From a virus (Duplodnaviria > Caudoviricetes), in the IMG/VR virus record IMGVR_UViG_3300009502_000072, positions 1 to 48,655 of that record: a stretch of DNA of 48,655 nucleotides; one strand, written 5' to 3'. The notes beneath the pieces were generated by a model. The model did not search any database. It was not told where the DNA came from and was given only the letters and a program-made list of their open reading frames with translations. A program made the position numbers and the translations under genes. Positions 1-8,900 of this stretch are shown piece by piece. Within the stretch, counting starts at the first letter, position 1, and every line of letters begins with the position of its first letter.

Positions 1-32
1 CCGATCTGGCAAATCAAGTCGGTCAGGGCGGC

Positions 33-905
33 TTGAGTGCCTTCAACACTGCCGGTGGACTGCAGACTCAAGCCACCGACTACGGTCGGCAAGCCAGTGG
101 TCTCGCGCCACAGGATATTGCAATGGGTAATGCTGGTGCTGGTGCGGGGTTTTCCTATGGGCAAAACGCGACCAATCCGAATGCCGTGCAGGCGTACATG
201 AATCCCTACCTGCAATCGACCCTGCAACCGGCGATGCAGTTGCTGAACCAGCAATACAACCAGCAGGGCGCATACGAGCAGGGCGCTGCGACCAACGCAG
301 GAGCATTTGGCGGGTCACGCGAAGCGCTGATGCAAGGTTTAAACAACCAGAACCGCGACCTCGCTTCGAATCAGCTTGTCAGCAACGCCTACAACCAAGC
401 CTACAACACCGCCAATCAAAACATGCAACAGGCATCCAGCCTTGGCATGCAGGGGGCGCAGACCGGCATTGCTGGTTTAAACGCAGCAAATGCCTCATAT
501 GGGACTGGGATTTCTGGCGTGAATGCAGCCACGGGTGCAGGTCAATACGGATTGCAGGGTCTTGGTCAGGCTGGGCAGGCGGCAGCAACCCTCGGGGCGC
601 TTGGGCAGACCCAGTACACCCAGCAGCAGGGTATCAATCAGGCGATGCTGGGCGCTGGCGCTCAACAGCAGAATCTACAGCAGCAGGGTTTAAACACCGA
701 TTACGGTCAGTACCAGCAACAGCTTCAGTACCCCTATCAGCAGCTTTCGTTCATGCAGGGGATGTACAGCGGCTTGCCAATGAGCAATACTGCGACCAGC
801 ATGTACCAGAACCCCAGTGCCGTCTCTCAGGTGGCGGGTCTCGGTACGGCAGGCATTGCCGGTCTGGGCTTGTACAACACCATGAACAAAGCGCCCGGAA
901 CGTAA
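33..905 (+). CDS. Putative DNA pilot/ejection protein (probably 5'-truncated by the window edge)
   Basis: G/Q/A-rich protein with 'YMNPY' and 'GAFGGSR' motifs and a C-terminal 'QYPYQQLSF...G' segment, typical of podovirus internal proteins; first of three tandem ejection-type genes. Confidence 0.65.
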   Translation: MSAFNTAGGLQTQATDYGRQASGLAPQDIAMGNAGAGAGFSYGQNATNPNAVQAYMNPYLQSTLQPAMQLLNQQYNQQGAYEQGAATNAGAFGGSREALMQGLNNQNRDLASNQLVSNAYNQAYNTANQNMQQASSLGMQGAQTGIAGLNAANASYGTGISGVNAATGAGQYGLQGLGQAGQAAATLGALGQTQYTQQQGINQAMLGAGAQQQNLQQQGLNTDYGQYQQQLQYPYQQLSFMQGMYSGLPMSNTATSMYQNPSAVSQVAGLGTAGIAGLGLYNTMNKAPGT

Positions 906-914
906 GGAGCCACC

Positions 915-2966
915 ATGTCGATCACAAATTTAAACAGCCTGATGGCGTCGGCAGAAAACCTGTCCGACGACCAGATCAAGCAGTCTGTCTCCAACGGCGT
1001 CCTCCCTGCGTACATCGGAACCTCGGTCTTGGAAGCGCGGTACAAGATGCAGAACGAGTCCAAGCAGGCGCAGCAGCGCCCGACCGTCATGCAACAGGTT
1101 TTCAACAAGGCACCGCAGCAACCGCAGATGGCACAACAGGCGATGCAGCCGCAGCAGCAGATGCCGCCGCAGCAACCCGCTGGCATCGACCAGATGCAAT
1201 CGAACATGCCGCAGATGGCGCGTGGCGGGATCGTGGCGTTCGCCGATGGCGGCGAGATCGATGATGATTTCGATCCGGATGAGTACAACGAATCCGTTGA
1301 TGACGCCGAATACTCGGAGCAGATGCAGCGCGTCTTGGAAAACCATGCCATCGCCGCAGGTCTCGGAAGTCGTGTAAATGACACGCCGAGGGTCGAGGGC
1401 GGGATCAGCCTGCCGTCAGGGGCGCATGGCGTCCAACCGCAGGGCAAAGATTTCTACCGCGCACTGCATGGCGAATTGCTCGCCAAAGCCAAGGAGATGG
1501 GCGCAGCCAACCCCGAAGCGATTGCGGCGCTTGGCGCTGCACAGTCGGCGCTGGAAACTGGATATGGTAAGCACCTTGCCGGTGGCAACAACTATTTCGG
1601 CATCAAGGGTAAGGGTTCCTCCCAGTCGACGCAGGAATATGACCCCGCGACCGGCAAAATGGTCACGATCAAGGACAGCTTCCGCCAGTACGGGAACATG
1701 GGCGACTCCGCAGCGGACTACGTCAAATTCCTGCATGAAAACCCCCGCTACGCAGGCATCCTCGCCGCCAAGACGCCCGAGGAAGCCATCCAGCTTCAGG
1801 GCAAGTCTGGTTATGCAACCGACCCGCAGTACGGGCAGAAGCTTGCTTCCATCCACCAATCGAATCAGATGGCAAGTGGCGGCATCGCCATGCTGGCTGG
1901 CGGCGGGAGGGTTCTTGGATACGCTGGAACTCCAGATATTGGAAGTCTTGTGCAAGGGGAACTTGCAAGTCAGGATGTCACCCAACAAGGTCTTGGGTCG
2001 TCTGCGTTTATGCGCGGAGAAACGGGTGGTCGAGCATCACTTGCTTACCGCCGTCCACGCGCTGGTCATAACGGCCCCCCCGTCCCGACGGCTCCGTATG
2101 ACGACCCTGCGTCAGCCGATTTCATTACCCCTTCGGGAGACCTTCCCGCGCCGGGGGCAAAGCCACAGCCCGACGCCGCTCCGCTTGGAGAAGGCGTTGA
2201 CCCGACAGACATCAGCGCAGCCCTTGCCGGTATGCCAAACAAAACGACCGCTCCCACTAAACCGGTCGATAGCGCGTTACCAACCGACATCGGTGGTACG
2301 AAAGCGCCTGCGACCAAGTCCGAATACGACAATTTCATCGAACGCATGATGGGCGAACATGAAGACATCAAGAAGCAACGCGAGATCGACAACTACATGG
2401 CGCTGATGATGGCGGGTCTCGGCGCTGCCGGTGGCACCTCCCCCAACGCCCTGTCGAACATCTCGCAGGGTGCGATGTCCGGTCTTGCTTACAAGCAAGG
2501 CGCGGAGAAGAATCGTGCCGCCGAACAGAATGCGCTTAATAAGAGCATCCTCTCTGCCAACCGCTACAAGGGCATGGAAGAACTCGCTCGCGACACGCGC
2601 AACCTGACCGACCAACAGCGCCGTGATTCGATGGGCGAGCGTGGTCGAGAGGCTGACCAGACGCTGGCGTTCAACCAGCACAAGCTTCTGAGCGAAGAGA
2701 TCGCCAAGCGCCAGACGCAGATCGAAAACCTCGTCACCAAGCAGTACAACCCCAGCATGGATATGAGCCAGATGACGCCGGACATACAGCAAAGGATACA
2801 AGCTGAAACGGCGCGTAGGATTGCTAGCGATGACTGGCTGAGAGATCGCTATAACCTGCTTGCTGGCATAACCAAGAGGGCATATGGCATTGAAATGACC
2901 CCGCCCGACTATGGTGCCGCCGCTACTGCTCCGCATTACGATCCGAAAACCAAAACATGGCGATAA
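915..2966 (+). CDS. Internal virion protein with GH73 (FlgJ-type glucosaminidase/muramidase) domain
   Basis: Motifs AQSALETGYG, NNYFGIKG, FRQY and YATDPQY at about 1500-1860; SD AAGGAG upstream. Confidence 0.85.
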   Translation: MSITNLNSLMASAENLSDDQIKQSVSNGVLPAYIGTSVLEARYKMQNESKQAQQRPTVMQQVFNKAPQQPQMAQQAMQPQQQMPPQQPAGIDQMQSNMPQMARGGIVAFADGGEIDDDFDPDEYNESVDDAEYSEQMQRVLENHAIAAGLGSRVNDTPRVEGGISLPSGAHGVQPQGKDFYRALHGELLAKAKEMGAANPEAIAALGAAQSALETGYGKHLAGGNNYFGIKGKGSSQSTQEYDPATGKMVTIKDSFRQYGNMGDSAADYVKFLHENPRYAGILAAKTPEEAIQLQGKSGYATDPQYGQKLASIHQSNQMASGGIAMLAGGGRVLGYAGTPDIGSLVQGELASQDVTQQGLGSSAFMRGETGGRASLAYRRPRAGHNGPPVPTAPYDDPASADFITPSGDLPAPGAKPQPDAAPLGEGVDPTDISAALAGMPNKTTAPTKPVDSALPTDIGGTKAPATKSEYDNFIERMMGEHEDIKKQREIDNYMALMMAGLGAAGGTSPNALSNISQGAMSGLAYKQGAEKNRAAEQNALNKSILSANRYKGMEELARDTRNLTDQQRRDSMGERGREADQTLAFNQHKLLSEEIAKRQTQIENLVTKQYNPSMDMSQMTPDIQQRIQAETARRIASDDWLRDRYNLLAGITKRAYGIEMTPPDYGAAATAPHYDPKTKTWR

Positions 2967-2972
2967 CCAATC

Positions 2973-5900
2973 ATGCAGACTGTGAACATCTCGGGGTTTG
3001 GGCCGATGAACTTTCCGGACGAAATGTCCAAGGAAGAAATTCAAGCTGCCATTGACAACGACATCTATCCAAAGCTGCAACAAGCAAAAGAAAAGCCCGA
3101 CACCGGATTCACGGGCGCTATGAAGTCGTCCTTCGCAAAGATGAAGGGCGAAGCAGCGCTGACCGCCGGTAAAGTTGGGCTGATCAATCCAGACACAGCG
3201 GAAAACTTCCATCAGGAACAGGAAGCTGAAGCCAAGCGTGTGTTTAAACCAACCGAGGAAGGTTGGCTGCAAGCGCCGTGGCAGAACTTCAAGGAAACCC
3301 TTGGCGGCTCATTGCCGTACATGGCAGCACCGCTGGTTGCCGGTGGTATTGGAACTGCTGCCGCTGGCGCTGCCCCTGCTGTTCTGGGCGGAACCCTCTT
3401 GGGCGCTGGTCTGGGAACCCTTGGTGCCTTCGGCGCTGGTGCCGCGCAATTCACTGGGTCGAACCTTGCCCGTCAAATGGATGAGGGCAAGTCATACCAA
3501 GACGCCGATGTCGCCAATGCCGCTCTTGCGGCGCTGCCACAGTCCGCCTTGGATACCCTGTCGCTGCACATGATCCCCGGCATCAGCCGGATCTTTGGTC
3601 AGGCAGGCAAGAAGATCACACAAGCTGAAGCCAAACGCATCGCCGAGCAGGGACTTCTCGCCACCACCGGTAGCTGGGCATTGAAGACCGGCAAGACGAT
3701 GGGCATTGAGGGCGGCACCGAAGCCGCCCAACAGGTGTTTGAACGCCTGCAGGCACACCTGAGCCTGACCGATGAAAAGGCAAAGCAGGAATATTTCGAC
3801 AACTTCATCGGCGGTGCCGTCCTTGGTGGCGTACTGGGTGGCTTCGGTCACATGGTCTCGCGCCCCGAGGTGATGCCAAACAAGCCCGAGGTCGAGGGCG
3901 GGCAGCTTCAGGAAGGGTTTCTCAATCCTCCGGAAGGAGGAATCCCTCCTGCCCCTCCCGCTGGCACTCCTCCTGCCGGTCAGTTTCTCAACTCCGAAGA
4001 AGCCCGATTCGCAGAACAGCAGCGTCGTTTAAACAAGCTTGGAGAGGGTGCGCCCGTCGCACCGGAAGCCGCGCTGCCGAGCAACGTCAACCCTGTCACT
4101 CCGTCACAGGTTCCACCTCGGATTCCCACCGCGCCGCTACAAGCCGATCAAATGGCTCGCCGCATAGATGAGCATGCCAAGCTTCTACAACAGGCTCAAA
4201 ACGAGCCGGTTGCAGCCCAAAGGCAAGCCTTGGAGGCAAAAGCTGCCCAGTTGATTGGCGAGCAGCAATCTGGGGTGCCTGCCGCCCAGCTTCTCTCCAT
4301 GCAGCCACTGAGCCTGACCGAAGCCCGACAGGTCGTCGGGATGGCACAGAATGGTTTCCAGCACCCGATGCTTGGGAGCCAAGAGGTAAACCCGAGCGAA
4401 CTGCACATCGTTCCGCATCCGTCGACCCCCAATGCGTTTGCCATTGAGCAGCGCGGCGTACCGGAGGCGTACCGCACCCGCGAGCAGGCACCGCAGCCCA
4501 TGACGGCAGCGCAGGCTACCCAGCGCATTGAGGAAGCCAAACCCGCAGAGCGCGATGTCGCACGGCAGCAGGATGAGCAGGGGCGTCAAGCCATGATCAC
4601 CCGCGCCATGCAGAACATTGAGGCGCGAAATGGCGTTGCCAGCCCACAGGAAGCGGAGACTCTTCGCGCCGCCGGTCTCGGTCAGCCCTACAACAGGATC
4701 GACCCCAACCTTGCCCCCAAGGGAACAGTTGACCAACAGTTGACCGATGCCACCGGCATCCAACTTCAGAACCGTCCTCGTGAGTCGGGATCTGTCGGCG
4801 CTGCCCAGACTTCCGCCCAGCAAGCTGCCGACCAGCAGCAACAGCAACAAATGAACGCCGCACAGGAATCCCGTGGCTGGGAAGAACGTGCTGCCGCCCG
4901 TCAGGCGGAGCAGGCTTCGCCCATCCCCGAGTCGACCGCCCCCGCTGCGCCAGATCCCCGCGCCGTCATCGATGCCTACAATACCCCGCCTGCTTTGCGC
5001 AGTGCGGCACAGGTCGCCCTGCTCAACATCGCGAAGAACCGGATCAACCCATCCGATCTCAGCGCCCTTCAGATGGTGGGCGAGGAAGGCGCAAGCCTGC
5101 CCCACACGATGGAGCGAATCCAGCGCCAGCTTGGCTCACCCGAAGCGCCTGCCGCCAAGGTCGAGTCGACCCCAGAGCAGCAGACCGTCATGTCCGCGCT
5201 GGAGACCACGGGTTCCATGCGTACCGCAGAGCAGACCTCCCTTGTCAATAAGGCGCGTGAACTGCTGGGCGAGGACGAGGTCAAGAAGCTGGAGAAGACC
5301 GCCCGTCAGCGCAAGGCTCGCCGCACCAAGTACAGCCTTGCCGAGGAATCCACGGTTCCGGAAGAAAACCGAGCCAAGACCGAAGAGGCAGGCAAGAAAC
5401 TGGTCGCTGCGCTTAAACGGTTTGGTCTGGAGCGCGTTGGACTGCGGATCGTCAAGTCCATACTGGACGGTGCTGCCGAAGCCTCCTTCGCGAATCGCAT
5501 CATCAACATCGCCATGAACGTGAATGACCCGATGGGGGTCATGCGCCATGAAGCCATCCACGCTCTCAAGGAGATGGGTGCCTTCACCGATGCCGAATGG
5601 AAGATGCTGACCGATCAGGCGCGGAACAAGTGGATCAAGGAATACATCAGCCCGAAGCGCATGGAGGAATACCAGCAGGTTTATGCCGAAGAGAACGGCA
5701 ACCTCGACGGTTTTGACGAGTACATCGCCGAGGAAGCCATCGCGGATGCGTTCCGCGACCACGGCAACATTGCTGGCGCTCCGCGCACCCTGATGAACCG
5801 CATCGCCAGCCTGCTCAAGGCGATCAGGAATGCCTTCAATGGTCAGGGGTTCAAGACCGCCGAGGACATCTTCCGAGGTATTGAGCGTGGAGAGTTCAAG

Positions 5901-8900
5901 CCAGACAGCTGGAAAGCCACGCCAGAAGACCGTGTTCAGGCTCGCGAGTACGAGCGTGTAAACGGAATAGCGCCATACCTGTCAGAGGGCCAGCTTGCAG
6001 TTCCTGCGACCGGCGTCCGGTATGCAATCAAGGGTTCCTACACCGACAAGCAGATCCAAAAGAAGAACGCGAAACTCAAGACCGAGGGCGAGTACGGCAA
6101 CCATCCTGTGTTTGGCATTCCGATGAACGCCAACGGAACGGTGACGCTTTACGTCCCAACCAACGGTGAAATGGCTCGCCGCATCGCCAACGAGAAGAAG
6201 CTGTTTGGAGACACACCTGAGTCCAACCGCATCTACCTGACCAACGAATCCGATGGTCAGGCGGTGATGAAGAACCCCGGCGTCATTGCCCATCGCATGG
6301 ATGGCGCAAACGTGCTGGTGCAGGTCGATCCGTCATGGCTGGAATTGGAAGCCGAGCATGCCGATGGTCGTAAGGACTTCTCCATCGTGATTGCCGAGGG
6401 TAACGCCTTCGCCAAGAAGATGGCGCAGACCAAGATGTTCACCCTGTTTGCAGATCGCAACAAGGGTATCTCCAAGACTGCAACATTCAATTCCATTGGC
6501 AATGGCATCACCAAGGGCGTTGATGCCTACCGTGCCATGTCGACCAAGGAACAGGCTGCACGTTTAAAGCAGGCAAAGGATTTGCTTCGCGCCGAACATA
6601 ACGTCGGCATCCTGCTGACAGAGAATGGCAAGCTGCAGAAGAGCCGTCTCGGCGAGTTCAACCTCAAACAGGACGGCAACAGCATTGCGTCGATGGGTCT
6701 TGGGCTGGCGTCTGCCCAGAAGATCAACGACAAGCTGTCAACGTGCATCAACTCTGCTAGATGCGAAGGGCTGTGCCTTGGTGAAACTTCTGGTCAGAAC
6801 CTTCTGTACGGCGGCGAGGGATCGTTCAGGGCTGGCCCACGCCTGTCGCAATACCTCAAGACCGAGGCGATGGTCATGCACCCCGAGGAATTCGGGATCG
6901 CGCTGTACGCCGAGATTGAGTCACTGCGTAAATGGGCTGCGAAAGAGACCGGCACAGAGTCGGTCAAGGTTGAGGAATCGGACAAGAAGGTCAAGGTTCC
7001 AAAGCAGGTCTATGAGCCTGCCATTCGTTTAAACGTGACCAGCGATTTCCCACCGCCAGTATTTGAGTCGATCATCCATGCGTTCTCATCTCCGGAGAAG
7101 CGTGTGAATTTCTACGACTACACCAAATTGAACACCAAGTCGATTGGCGACAATCACCATTTGACCTATTCCTCAACTGGTGCTTTGCAGCGAGTCGGTA
7201 ACAAAGTCGTCGGGCTGGCGCGTTCGAAGTCTGGTGAGGTCACCACGCCGAACTGGGACGACATGCAAAAAAAGCTGGATCGCGGATTCAATGTGGCGAT
7301 GGCGTTCTCCGACAAGAAGCACATGCCCAAGTTCGTCGTGGACGAAAAGAGCGGCAAGAAGTACCAAGTTTGGAACGGCGACCTCTACGATGCGCGGTAT
7401 CTCGACCCGAAGCGCGAGGATGGCGTTGGCATGATCGTTGGTCTGACCAACAAGGATCGCACCGGCAATCCCGCTGAGTCGCCTGTGCGACACAACGGCT
7501 TCTTCGTTGCCTACAACCCGAAGACCGATGGAGACACGGTCACCATTGAGGATCAGGAGAAGCTTGCCAAGGAAGCAGAGAAGACCCTGCCGCCCGTTGA
7601 GCATAAGGTTGGCATGCCGGGAAAGGCGAAGTACTCGCTCGCGCAGCAAAAAAAAATCATGGGCGAAGCCTCATGGTCTAAGGATCGCATCAACAAACTG
7701 ATCAATGAATACGCCTACACCAATGATGAGGCTGACACGAAGGCATATGCAACCTTCATGTCCCCGCAGCAATTGCTCAACATCAGCACCAACAAAAAAT
7801 ACCAGAAAGATGTTTTAGAGAAGGAAAACAAACCCCTCGACACTGATAAGCTGACCTCTTACGGTTACCCGATGTGGATTGACGTTAATCCAGATTCATT
7901 CGGCGGAGGAAGAATTACAGCCACCGGTCATGAAGGCCGTCATCGCATGATGGCGCTACGCGATGTAGGGGTCGACAAAGTTCCAGTGGTGATCAAATAT
8001 GGTCGTCGCCAGAGAGATGCGAAGCCAATCAAGCAGATGTTGATTGATAGACAAAACACGGGTCATGAAGGTTCTTATGTCGAGAACATGATCCCCATCT
8101 CGTACAAGTACGCGAAGGAACTAAACGAAGTGTTCGGCAACCCCGACGCGCAGGTTCGCTTCTCGCTCGCCCATCACAACACGCCTGCGTTCAAAAACTA
8201 CTTCGATGGCAGCAAGATCGTCAACGAGGACGGTTCGCCATTCGTCCTGTATCACGGCACTGGAAGTGACATCCACCATTTCATTCCTTCGGAAGACGGG
8301 ATGATGGGGAGGGGCATTTACATGAGTGGCGATTCAGACTACGCCAGTCATTATGCAAACCACAAAGAGAATGGCAACGTGGTTCCGGTGTACGCATCGA
8401 TCAAGAACCCGTACTACATTGAGCGAGATCCGAAAGCCAAGAACAAATACATGGCAAGTCCATTTGTTTCTGGGTTTGTCGACAAGGACAATATCTTTGG
8501 CGGCAGACGCGTAATGGATCTGAGCGGCAACCAGATCCGTAACGCCTTCAAGAAAGCTGGCTACGATGGGATCGTGCTGCGCGATGCAACGCATCCGTTC
8601 ATTGAGGTAGTTGCGTTCGATGCGCCGCAGATCAAGTCCGCCATCAGCAACACCGGCAAGTATGGCAAGGACAAGAAGATCCGCTACTCGCTGACCCAGT
8701 CGACCCCGCAAGTCAGCGCCGGTAAAGCGATGGTCAATGCCGTCTCGGACATGTACGACTCCATCCGCGATGGCAATGCCCGTACCTCATGGCGCAATGG
8801 CTGGGTTGATTCCAACTCCAGCTTGGCGAAAGCCCTGTCGCCGAACCCACTGTTCAACCACGCCGATGGAACCCTTCGTGCCGACATGATCAACCATGCC

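Noticed and set aside
1378-2349. 323-aa same-strand overlapping ORF in the muramidase gene
   Set aside because: R/P/S-rich with no recognisable domain, unlike the nested endonuclease at 40156
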